This document shows positions 37,600 through 49,420 of a DNA stretch of 64,000 nt, in pieces; within the stretch, counting starts at the first letter, position 1; every line of letters starts with the position of its first letter. The notes under the pieces were generated by a model, which was not told where the DNA came from, did not search any database, and saw nothing but the letters and a program-made list of their open reading frames with translations. The position numbers and the translations under genes are program-made. Where the stretch lies: positions 27,590,001 through 27,654,000 of the forward strand of contig NC_042998.1 in assembly GCF_006345805.1 (NCBI RefSeq), given 5' to 3'. The stretch is from Octopus sinensis (lineage: Eukaryota).

Positions 37600-38990
37600 A
37601 ACCGCTGCCAGGAGAATAATTATGGGGTATGAAAGTAAATTTATGAGGAATGCTTTAGTTACCCTAGACTAACAAGCTGACTTGGGAACGAGTGGAGTTC
37701 TGTGATTGGAAAAATGAAGGTCGTCTTGGCCGAATATACAGTCTCGTGGAAAGTGTTTGATGAATTCTTTCAATGAAAGCGCGTTAAATTCCAGAATCTT
37801 TTACAATATTGAAAGGAGAAAGGTTGGCAGGCATAGTTGTTTCTAGTGAAGGTTGGCTGAACTGTTATGCAGAATGCTTACTGTGACTGGAAAGGTAGGA
37901 AAACAGGAAGAGACAGCACTCGCAGGATTAAGGAGGCAGCAGAAAAAGTCTATCGTCTGTTATGAGCAAGAAAGTGAAAGCGCTAAGCTGGAAGCCAGGA
38001 GGAAGAGATGGGTAAGGATTTGACCACCACTTCCAATGGGTTGGCAGTGGAGGGTGTTACGATTTATGGTAAAAAATCCCAATGAGCATTAGGTATCATC
38101 TGGTAACATGAGCTTCCCCATGACCAGCTTCATTCTTCGAGAAAAAACGAAGGGGAAGTGCCTTCTTTTGTTTGTTCCTTCTCGAGCCATGCCTGGCTCA
38201 TAAGGGCCGGTTTCCCGGTTTCATTGGCGTACAGGTTCCCCACCAGGACGGGACGTCTGTCCGTCGCAGGTGAGCTGTTAGATGCAGGAGGAAAGAGTGA
38301 GAACAAGTTGTGGCGAAAGAGTCAGCAGAAGTTCGCCATTACCTTCTGCTGGAGCCGCATGGAGCTTAGATGTTTCGCTCATAAACACACATATCGCCCG
38401 GTCTGAGATTCGAACCCGCGATCCCTCGACCGCAAGTTCGCTGCTCTAACCACTAGGCCATGGGCCTCTGCAGTGCTTTTTTTAGATTTAATTATTCTCA
38501 ATTTTATGAAATAGTGTAATCATAATGTATGAATCTCATACAATGATATAAGATAATAATATAAAATCAAACCTGTATAATGTTATGTCAAAATACCCAT
38601 TGGGTATGTTGGCATTTTGAAAACACCTCACAGAATGACGACTGTGCCTTTCATAGTTAAGGGCTGCTCTTTGACAAGGCATAGTAGCCGTTCAGCCACT
38701 CTGCCAGGGATACGGTGAAGTCATGGTACTGAAGCGCAGCGGATTATGAAGAGGCAGTGGAAGAGCTCAACTGTGTCAACGGTGCTTCTTAAATTGATGA
38801 TCAACAGTGGAATCTTAGAAGATCAACGGTCAGGATCACCAAATTCTCACAAGAGAGTTCCTGAAAAGCATCCGTAGAGGAGACATCCATGGTTGTGTAA
38901 TCGAACCAATGCAAGATTCATTATGATTGAAGTTCCCGTTTCAAACTTGTACTGAATCACTCGCTGTGTTGTTAAACAAAGGGCGCATTC
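37600..38990 (-). mobile_element. Highly decayed CR1/L2-like LINE remnants, interrupted by a SINE
   Basis: Weak APE-like GNFNH motif and DH-like residues, plus weak 3'-ORF similarity; by eye only. Confidence 0.3.
38170..38465 (-). mobile_element. SINE head type A, tail W
   Basis: Family match. Confidence 0.85.
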
Positions 38991-39004
38991 TGCTGAGGTT
39001 AGAT

Positions 39005-39246
39005 GTGTTTATCTGTTTCTTTATTACCCACAAGGGGCTAAACACAGAGGGGACAAACAAGAACAGACAAAGGTATTAAGTCGATTACATCGACTCCAGT
39101 GCGTAACTGGTACTTAATTTATCGACCCCGAAAGGATGTAAGGCAAAGTCGACCTCGGCGGAATTTGAACTCAGAACGTAACGGCAGACGAAATACGGCT
39201 ACGCATTTCGCCCGGCGTGCTAACGTTTCTGCCAGCTCGCTGCCTT
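39005..39246 (-). mobile_element. Deu/Nin SINE monomer
   Basis: Family match. Confidence 0.9.
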
Positions 39247-39448
39247 GTTAGATGTGTTTATCGTCGAAACGTTAATCGTGTATATTTTCCTGGTTTAGCT
39301 AGCTTGCTATAGAGGCAGCTTGCCCACAATTCAATTCAACGAACAGTATAATGTACCAAATGCTACAGAAATGGGTGTGCTATTTAACGAGAGAAGTACT
39401 GAGTATGAAGTAGTTTGAATCAAGATTTATTCGACTGAATTCTTGTGA

Positions 39449-39488
39449 GTTGCCATTCGGAGTCTCTCGTTTCCGTTCATCAGGCGAC
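39449..39488 (-). ncRNA. Decayed hammerhead motif, homolog of 11085-11140
   Basis: GUCGC-CUGAUGA-ACG[GAAA]CGA-GAGA-CUCCGAA-UG-GCAAC versus CCGACGA-ACG[GGAA]CGU-GAAA-CUCCGAG-UA-ACAGC. Confidence 0.5.
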
Positions 39489-40279
39489 TGAGGATAACTC
39501 CGGCGAGTTGTAGCTATTGTTAGAATAAATATGAAATAGACAAACCGAATAAAAGTTATTAAAATAGAAACCACAAAAGTGTAATATAAAAACCAGGAAG
39601 AGCTATTGGCGTAGTGATATATAATAAGTTGTGATTGGTTGAGACTATAAAGCAGCGAATGAATTATGCGCTATGATTGGTTGCTGTACTGATCGAACGG
39701 ATCTATGATCAAAGGCATTTTAACCGTAACTGCTGTCTCTTTTTGCATATCTAGAATTCTATTGTCTACATTGTTCATTCTTTTCTGCATCGGTGGGCTG
39801 CGTTTTGAAAGAGATTTGGCTAGTGCGATTAGTTGAGACGTGTGATGAGTCATGATCCACAAACCAGAAAGCGAATTAAGTGGTGTGATTGGTTGAGACG
39901 TTAGATGAATCATGGACATAAAGTAGAGAGCAAATTATGCAATTCGATTGGCCGAAGTGTCGTTAAGTTATGGCTTTTGGAACAGCGAAAATAATATAAT
40001 ATAAAATACTATAACGTAATAATATAAACGTAATATAACATAAAAATATAAACATATAACGATGAAATAAATTATATATGATGATAAAGCAGCCTATGAT
40101 AATATAATGGTGTAATAATATAATGTAGTAATATAATGATAAAATAATATGTTATGAGAAGTAAATAGTGAGTTAAATAGAGTAAAGACAGGTGCAAAAG
40201 AGTGATAAGAAGTAATGTTTCATAAGATGAAAATGGAAGTTCGAATAAAGAAAGTGAAAATCAACATGGAAATGTAAAA

Positions 40280-41100
40280 TTGGTTTCAAATTTCGGCACA
40301 AGGCCAGCAGTTTTGCGGGATGGGGAAGTCGATCACATCGGTCACTGTGCTCGACTGGTATTTATTTTATTGACGCTGGAAGGATGAAAAGTAAAATTGA
40401 CCTCGGTGGAATTTGAACTCAGGATGAAAGGACGGACGAAACGACTCAAAACATTTTGCCCGGCGTGCTATCGATTCTACCAGCTCACTATTTTGATTGA
40501 AACGTAATACTGAGTGGTATTAAGGTGGCGAGCTGGCAGAAACGTTAGCACACCGGGCGAAATGCGTAGCCATATTTCGTCTGCCGTTACGTTCTGAGTT
40601 CAAATTCCGCCGAGGTCGACTTTGCCTTTCATCCTTTCGGGGTCGATAAATTAAGTACCAGTTGCCCACTGGGGTCGATATAATCGAGTTAATCCGTTTG
40701 TCTGTCCTTGTTTATCCTCTCTGTGTTTAGCCCCTTGTGGGTAGTAAAGAAATAGGTATTTCGTCTTTACGTTCTGAGTTCAAATTCCGTCGAGGTCGAC
40801 GTTGCCTTTCATCCTTTATGGATTGATAAATTAAGCACCAGTTGCGTACTGGGGTCGATCTAATCGACTGGTCCCCTCCCCCAAAATGTGGGGCCTTGTG
40901 CCCAGAGTGGAAAAGAATCGTTAGCACACTGGGTAAAATGCTTAGCGTCATTTCGTTCGTCATTACTTTCTGAGTTCAAATTTCACCAAGGTCGACTTTG
41001 CCTTCCATCCTTTCGGGGTCGATGAAACAAGTACCAGCAGAGCACTGGGGTCAATGTAATCCACTTAGCCCCTCTCCTGTGACAACATTTGAAACCAGTA
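40280..41100. mobile_element. Cluster of Deu/Nin SINEs (one - copy, then a + multimer from 40523)
   Basis: Family match. Confidence 0.88.
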
Positions 41101-42191
41101 ATGGGTGGTAAAATAATTGCGGTAGAAACATTTTTAGAGAAAGAGATGAATTTTTGACTGCCTCTTAATCTGTATATCGGGACATGGCTTTTAATGGATT
41201 TTATATTTTGAAAATGTTATTGTTGTCTGTGGAAATAGAGATTAAGTGAGCTCAGAGCAGCCTTTGTATGGCTAAAGTAATTCCATCTTCTCCAAGGTAA
41301 ACATTTACTATGACCATCCAGTGAGTATGGTTTGGTAATTTCTAAGATTTTCCTACTTCCATTTGATAGTGAAGATATTGGGGTTTTGTTCTTTTACTAA
41401 CGGCGCGCGCACACACACACACAGACGCGCGCGCGCGTGCGTTGGCAATATATTCATATTTTATGGGTTTTAGACCATAATTTAATAAACTTTGCTAATT
41501 GTTTGCCGAAGCAATTTTTCAGTTAGTCTAATATTGCAATGTTTTAATGCCTCGAAGTTGATATTAAAATATAATGCGAAATTGTTATCAGATCAAATAT
41601 GCTTGAGGTATATTCAAACCTGTAAGAAAATTTTATTGCTGTAGACACAAAAATATAAACACTGTGAGTAGTCAGTTCGTAGCGTTTCCTAATCAGTCTG
41701 TTGGATGCATGCATTTCGGAGTGGATATCTGCTCTTCAGCAGCAGCGAAGAGGAAATACATGAGACAGGTCCCTCTTGTGATATTCTTGTCATTGTTCAA
41801 TGACTGGTTGCAGTATTCAGCAGTTCACCGTAAATAGAATACGGGGTAACAGCGTTGAGCAGCGATGTGTATAAATGCAAACTCGTTTCCGGTTCAAATA
41901 CGCTCGAGGCATATTCGAACTCAAAAGAAAGCCATTCACTGTATTTTGTCACGGAGAAAATTTTCTCGCTGTTGGCAGAAAAGTGTAAAATACAGACTTG
42001 TTTACATATTTCTTGATGCGTCTACATTTGCGTTCTAAATGTAATCGATCTTTCTACCTGATAAGAATAAAGCGTTTAATTTGAATCAAGAAAGTAAAAG
42101 CTTGTTTTAGTATAATTGATGGTACACCAAACTAGATTACTGAAGGTTCGCGTCTAGCCGGCAGCTTTCCACGGTTTTCCATTTAATTATT

Positions 42192-42600
42192 AGGAAAGAT
42201 GAGCGTTATGAGATGCTACTGGAATACCGTATAGATGCTGGTTGGGGTGCAATACACTTTTCTATAGAAGTTGGATATAGGGGTTTACCAGGGTCCAAAC
42301 TGAAACGGTAGTTACTATCAATTGATGTCTAACATCAGCAGGCAAACGCCATCTTGAAAGAAATTCAGGCGACAGTTGTGAGTGCCAGATATTGGACATG
42401 GCCAAAAATAGAACGATGAAACATGGCTGGAAAGGTGATGATCACAAAATGGACTTCAGTTCAAATACTAGTCAGTTGGACCAGTAGATGGGGTTTCACA
42501 TCAGTGAAAGGAAGGCCCCGAAATAGTGTGCGTTCTCTCCTGATGACCAATGAAACTTACTGGTAACCGGTACACGGGGTTTTAGACTGATTGCACTTGC
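42192..42600 (+). mobile_element. Hero/R2-like LINE with restriction-like endonuclease; ORF end and 3' UTR
   Basis: RKDERYEMLLEYRIDAGWGAIHFSIEVGYRGL..ILKEIQATVVSARYWTW matches RK..KY..L......GW.....IEVG.RG....A..AS.W.W. Confidence 0.75.
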
Positions 42601-43440
42601 ACTGGCAAGCTGCTTCCAACTCTCTAAGTTCTTATATGTCTTATACGTAGGAAAAACTATTTATCTTTGTGAGGTTCTAACTATATTAACATAGGTTACA
42701 CACAACAGACTGATTGATCCATTGAAACACTCGTGCAAGAATTAATGAAGTTTGATCGGAGACTTGCGGATTTGTTGGATTTGAGTTGCTGAAGTATCTT
42801 CATTATGTTTTTTTTCGGTTCCAACATCCTGGTTGCTATTTTGCTGCAGGATTTTTTTTTACCGAAATTTTATTGGTCGGTTATCAGCGTTTGTGACGCA
42901 ATTTTTTTTAAAAGGACTTGACTGAAAACATTGGTTCCGTTTTTCGTACAGTTGTGCTTCATTCAATGTAAGGGATAAAGCAACGGTGAGGGAGATACAG
43001 AAAGAGAGGGAAAGAGAGAGAAAGAAAGAGAGGGAGAGAGAGGGAAAGAAAGTGAGGGGGAGAGAGAATTCCTCTCTCTTAAAGGGTGCTTTCTTTTAGA
43101 AGCACCTTCGTATGAAACGAAGAATAAGTGTTTGCCAATCTTCTTTATTTTACTGGGATGAAAATAGTCATGGTTTGGATGTTAAGCCTAAGTTATTGTT
43201 GATCAAAGAAGCAATTCGTGTGCACACGAACATTCGTTCCTTAATTGGTTCAAGGAACTGGATAAAATTAAAGCTGCTCTCAGAATTATAAATAGCATTA
43301 GTGGTTTCGTAGTTGTAACAAAAAATAAACAAATCACCCGAAGACGCGCAACTACGCTAGGATCAAGAAGTTCTCATATATGAGAAAATTTTATGTCTGG
43401 TGAACCAAGAGAAGAGATTTAAATATGATGATAATATTAA

Positions 43441-43850
43441 GGCCGGGAGCTGGCAGAATTGTTAGCGCACCGGGCGAAATGCTTAGCGGTATTTCGTCAG
43501 CCGTTACGTTCTGAGTTCAAATTCCGCTGAGGACGACTTTGCCTTTCATCTTTTCGGGGTCGATTAAATAAGTACCAGTTACGCACTGGGGTCGATATAA
43601 TCGACTTAATCCGTCTGTCTGTCCTTGTTTGTCCTCTCAGTATTTAGCCCCTTGTGGGTAGTAAAGAAATAGGTATTTCGTTAGCCGCTACGTTCTGAGT
43701 TCAAATTTCATCGTGGTCGACTTTACCTTTCATCCTTTCGGGGTCGATTAAATAAGTACCAGTTACACACCGTGGTTGATCTAATAGACTTAATCCCTTT
43801 CTCTCTCCTTGTTTTTCCTCTCCTTGTTTAACCCCTTGTGGGCAATAAAG
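43441..43850 (+). mobile_element. Deu/Nin SINE dimer
   Basis: Two body units joined at AAGAAATAG|GTATTTCG. Confidence 0.9.
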
Positions 43851-44017
43851 AAATAAATATAATAATAATATTAAGGTAGGGAGCTGAGAGGGTTGTTAAC
43901 ACGCCGGGTAAAATGCTTAGCGGAGATTCGTAGGGCTTTGCGTCCGGAGTTCAAATTTTGTCGAGTTCGACTCTATTTTACTATAAACATACAAGCTATA
44001 ATTAAACATGCACGCGA

Positions 44018-44062
<45 letters not shown>

Positions 44063-44945
44063 CACATACCTATAAATCTCAAACTGATAAATAGATTATC
44101 AATACGTCATTAGCTTCCTCATTATTAAATCCTGTCAACTTATGTAATTCTGTGCTTTGATAATTTAGCTTTATAGTTATTAGTAAAAGTTATTATGGAT
44201 ATTAAAGGTTTATGTTATAAATATTATCTCTTACGTTATTTATATCAAAGACAAATTATTTAGAATAATATTCTAGGTTATTAAAAAGACCAAGATAATA
44301 TTTTGTAGAGCTATAACTTTTGAAGGCGCATGGCTCAGGGCTCAGGGGGTAGATAACTGTAACTGCCATCACTAAATCTATTTTGATTTAATTTAGTCAG
44401 GTTAGATGAAACTAAGGTGTAGTGGAGTAGGATCGGATCACAGCATTTCAATTAAAAAATTTATGGTGCTGATAGAGAAATTTGTGTCGAAAGGGAATGC
44501 TTATTATAATGAAAAACAGTATTCTTTAGTCATTGAGTTTATTACTTTTAAATTACGCGAGGCGTATTGTACAACAATTTTTCTACATAAATTTCGGTTA
44601 TCTTAACGTTATCAGAAAATAGTTAGAGACCTACGTCTAAGTAATGCCTCGTTATAATGCGTTAAAATGGTGCTCGTTAAAATGGTGCTCATTAGCGGAA
44701 ACCTTGGATATTCTAAGAGAAAAGTTCTTAACTAAGCTCTTTGTGCTATTGATCTTGTGTGGTTAGACTATTTATTAACACGACTTTAATGACTCGGTAG
44801 GTTTTCTATATCGGTTGTAGAGACCATTACTTAAATTAAGAGTAACATCTACGAAGCTGACGTATTAATGTTAACTTCTAAGGTTATAGTTATGCTTGAG
44901 TTTTTGATGAAAATGTCTGCGTCTTTCAAAATTCTATCCGGAATA

Positions 44946-45342
44946 TCTTTATATATAAAAGTCAAGTTGTGTGTCTGTCTCCTACGATTTAGATTCCTAA
45001 CTACTTCCACATTTTGCGGTGCAGTTTAACCAAAACCGAGTATCTTATAGTCGTGATTCATATCGAGCCCTTCTGGGTATTAGTGCGCGTCTACGATGAG
45101 CCTACGATTAAAAAAAAAAATTACCATCATTTGTTTTCCATTTTAATGCATTTTTTCGCTATTATATAAGGGAAGTAACTCTCTAAAAATGTCTACGATG
45201 AGTCAACGATTTAAAAAAAATTTACCATAATTTTTTTTCCGTTTTTAATGCATTTTTTGCTATTTTTTGGCTATAACTCTCTAAAAATGCTTATATAGTT
45301 ATTTCCCTTACAAACCCGAGCAACGCCGGGCGATACTGCTAG
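44946..45342 (+). mobile_element. Non-autonomous Helitron
   Basis: 5' A|TC, 3' hairpin CCCGAGCAACGCCGGG followed by CTAG|T, no TSD, internal ~100-bp duplication. Confidence 0.85.
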
Positions 45343-45596
45343 TATGGTTATAATTAGCGAAACATAGTAATCCTACATTTCGATATAATCCTCTCAAGGT
45401 ATATTCACATTATTAAATAAGCCACACGATGCCAAACTTAAAGTGACAGTGAACCCTTGTATATCAATAAATGTTTATTAATCGTTACTTAATCCTAACA
45501 AACATATGTTAGGAAAAAAGAGAATTCTCAACAACTCATGCTACAAGGTACTGACGATATCATTGGAGAGTGAAGGTGTGTGACTTAGTGGTTAAG

Positions 45597-45910
45597 CATA
45601 CACACACATGTGCACACACACATGTGCACACACACATGTGCACACACACATTCGTGCTCACACACACGCAAATTCACACACGCACATACACACAAACGCG
45701 GATACACCCGCACACACACACACACACACACACTCGCACACAGGCACACACGCACATACGTGCATACACACATGCTCAATGCGCGCGCACACACACACAT
45801 GCAAATACACACACGCAGATACACGCACACACACATGCACATACACACACACGCACATGCACACACACACGCAGATTCACGCACACACACACACACTCAA
45901 ATACACACAT
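45597..45910. repeat. Degenerate (CA)n-rich tract
   Basis: Directly visible. Confidence 0.9.
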
Positions 45911-46195
45911 AACGGCGATTCATAACCAAACAATATATATGTGTCGAACAAAAATAACTTTTAGTATTTCGTTCCGAACAACGTCCCTATGTGAGAATGT
46001 TGGCTTAGCTTACGCGGTTGATAGAATAGTACATAACAAAGTTCCGAGGGTTACTATAATCAGCTAATTACCTTAAAGGAGGTTCCTCAGTATTCTTCAC
46101 TTGAAAGATGGAAACCAGTAAAAGAATCCTTTTAACTGCATGTTACTGATTTTCTGTTTTTACTAGAATTTATGCATCAAAATATTCGTTGTCTA

Positions 46196-46780
46196 AGGCA
46201 GCGAGCAGGCAGAATCGTTAGCACGCCGGGCGAAATGCGTAGCTGTATTTTGTCTGCCGTTACGTTCTGAGTTCAAATTCCGACGAGGTCGACTTTGCCT
46301 TTCATCCTTTCGGGGTCGATAAATTAAGTACCAGTTACGCACTGGGGTCGATATAATCGACTTAATCCCTTTGTCTGTCCTTGTCTGTCCCCTCTGTGTT
46401 TAGCCCCTTGTGGGTAGTAAAGAAATAGAAATAGGTATTTCGTCTGTCTTTACGTTCTGAGTTCAAATTCCGCCGAGGTCGACGTTGCCTTTCATCCTTT
46501 CGGGGTTGATAAATTAAGTACCAGTTACGCACTGGAGTCGATGTAATCAACTTAATGCCTTTGTCTATCCTTGTTTGTCCCCTCTATGTTTAGCCCCTTG
46601 TGAGCAATAAAGAAATAAGAAACGTTAGCACGCCGAGCAAAATGCTTAGCGGTATTTTTTCTGTCTTTACGTTCTGAGTTCAAATTCCGCCGAGGTCGAC
46701 TTTGCCTTTCATTCTTTAGGGATCGATGGATTAAGTAGCAGTTGCGTACTGGAGTCGATCTAATCGACTAGCCCCCTCCC
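46196..46780 (+). mobile_element. Deu/Nin SINE trimer
   Basis: Three body units; both junction types are present. Confidence 0.9.
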
Positions 46781-47307
46781 CCCACCAAATTTCGGAATTT
46801 GTGCCTAGAGTAGAAAAGAATATTCGTTGTCTGAAAACGTAATACCTTTTAAGTGTGTGTGATTGGTAGAGCAATTTACATTTCGTAATACACTGGCGAA
46901 AATAAATTTAAGAGCGATGATAAAAGTTCTATTCTATTTTTTACAAAATATTTTGTTACTAACACCATACAAATTATTGGTATCTTTTACACCTTAGGCA
47001 GAATTTATTTCTCTTTCGAATGATGCAGACAATAACTATTTTTATATAACTTGAAGAATTCTAATGCTAAATTAATACAAACGTTTCAAATAAATAGCAG
47101 GGATACACCTACCTTCCACTCTCTTTGTTAAGCACGATAACAAGAATCGGCAGAACGACATCAACTATCACAGAAATCATAATTATAAGCAGTAGTAGTT
47201 CTGATAAAAATAGACACTTTAAGACAGAAACCTTGTAAATTTCTTTAGGGTTTTTAAATGTTGTAAGTTATCGTATTAACTGGAAGTAATTTTAACAAGA
47301 GACCAAT

Positions 47308-47690
47308 GTTTCACTTATAGAACACGTCTATAAGGATGAAAGGCAAAGTCGACCGCGGCGGAATTTGAACTCAGAACGTAGCGGCAGACGAAATAAACTG
47401 GCAGTAATTTCAACCAGAAACTAATTTTTCACTTATAGAACACGTCATTTATCTAATGCTATATAGGATTGTATAAAATTTAACTTATTTTTGTTTCACT
47501 TATAGAACACGTCTATAAGGATGAAAGGCAAAGTCGACCGCGGCGGAATTTGAACTCAGAACGTAGCGGCAGACGAAATAAACTGGAAGTAATTTCAACC
47601 AGAAACTAATTTTTCACTTATAGAACACGTCATTTATCTAATGCTATATAGGATTGTATAAAATTTAACTTATATTTGTTTGGTAATAGA
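47308..47690. repeat. 185-bp tandem duplication, each unit containing a SINE fragment
   Basis: GTTTCACTTATAGAACACGTCTATAAGG at 47308 and 47493. Confidence 0.9.
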
Positions 47691-48418
47691 ATTTATGTTT
47701 CATATATTAAAATAATTAAATGCAGTTTGAAAATTTCGCAACACATAATATAAGCATGTATGTATAAAACACACACAAAAGTAAAAAAAAAAAAATTCGT
47801 TTTAAATATTGCTGCAGTATCACTGTAAAATAATATGCTATGATTGCATCTTTATACCTTTTTGTGTATTCGTCCTTATTAGACTTATAGAACGAGTATT
47901 TTAGCAGTCTTTACAGATCAGAATAAAGATCATTTTGAAAACTTACAAAGAACGAAAATTTGAGCATACTTTTTTTTTAGCTGCTTCAAAATTTCCATTA
48001 AATTTTATTGATCTCTAAATACTAAGTTTTCTATACGCTCTCCCTTGCAGAGACGCTCTATGGCTTTAATCGTTGCAAAGTAAGTTTTTTTTCGCCAGCA
48101 ATAATGTTAAGGCCCTGTTGCTACAAATGCTAAGTGCATCTAATGTAATATTTCATTTTAATCTAAAAAATTACAAATCACATTTTCTCCATATTTTTTT
48201 CAGAATATATTTATCGATTGATACACTAGAGGGAATTTCAGCCATCTTGATTTTAAAGTAAAAGAGTTTAACCCTTTCACGTTTCTGTTGTTGTTCTTTT
48301 ATATTTATTTCCATTTCTTGGCAAGTGTCTTCCTGACACCTGGGGCAAAAGAATTCAGTGTATAGGCAAAAAAAGTAAACACACCCGATCGTTAATTTAC
48401 AAAATCAAATGAAGTTAT

Positions 48419-48463
<45 letters not shown>

Positions 48464-48939
48464 CTTGGGGATACATTGATGTGTCTCTTCATGTAACACA
48501 CAGTTATTCACTTTCGACTTTCAGTTAAATAATAAAAGTCTTTCAGATACTTAGAAAGTGATATTGATTTTGAAAATCGAATAAACAATAGGAAATAGAA
48601 CAAGTGATCCCCCTTTTGTTAAGCGCTCGCTCTTCGAGCTAAGTACGTGTTTCTGTTTCAATTCTCGTACATGTTTCGCTTGATTTATCTTGATTTTGTT
48701 GCCTTGCTTTTGAAAAAATGGGTAATAAACTCGACTTTCATGTCTTGTTCTCTGAAATAAGTAGAAATATTCTCTATTAAAAGATATTTATAATAAACAA
48801 CAGATCATAATTTGATGAATGATACTGTCACAGTTCTGTTGGAAACAACAAATTTCTTTGATATTGTGAGAATGTAAGAAAAAAATACTGATTGGCAAAA
48901 CTGCAGAGAATAACAATTAAAGTATAACAACAACAATAA

Positions 48940-49420
48940 CGGTTTCAAATTTTGGCACAAGGTTAGCAGATTCGGAGAGGGCATATGTTGATTATATCGA
49001 ACCCGGTCTTCAACTGGCACTTATTTTATCGACCCCGAAAGGATGAAAGGCAAAGTCGACCCTGGTGGCATTTGAACTCAGAACGTAAGAACGGATGAAA
49101 TACCTATTTCTTTATTACCCACAAGGGGCTAAATATAGAGGGGACGGATGAAATACCGCTAAGCATTTTGCCCGGCGTGCTAACGTTTCTTATTTCTTTA
49201 CTGCCCACAAGGGGCTAAACATAGAGGGGACAAACAAGGACAGACAAAGAGATTAAGTCGATTACATCGACCCCAGTGTGTAACTGGTACTTATTTGATC
49301 GACCCCGAAAGTATGAAAGCAAAGTCGACCTCGGCGGAATTTGAATTCAGAACGTAGCGGCAGACGAAATACCGCTAAGCATTTCGCCCGGCGTGCTAAC
49401 ATTTCTGCCAGCTTGCTGCC
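48940..49420 (-). mobile_element. Deu/Nin SINE multimer
   Basis: Family match. Confidence 0.88.

Noticed and set aside
41760-41835. Short signal-peptide-like ORF MRQVPLVIFLSLF with a possible GTAAAT donor
   Set aside because: 25 codons, weak start context and no downstream exon identified.
42530-42590. CTGATGA-CCAAT-GAAAC hammerhead-like boxes in the Hero-like 3' UTR
   Set aside because: Only 5 nt between the boxes, so no stem II, and stem I does not pair.
46196-46780. Regularly spaced repeats resembling a CRISPR array (also other SINE multimers and the 37-kb array)
   Set aside because: Units are ~200-bp SINE bodies or degenerate minisatellite units with no unique spacers and no cas genes, in a eukaryotic context.
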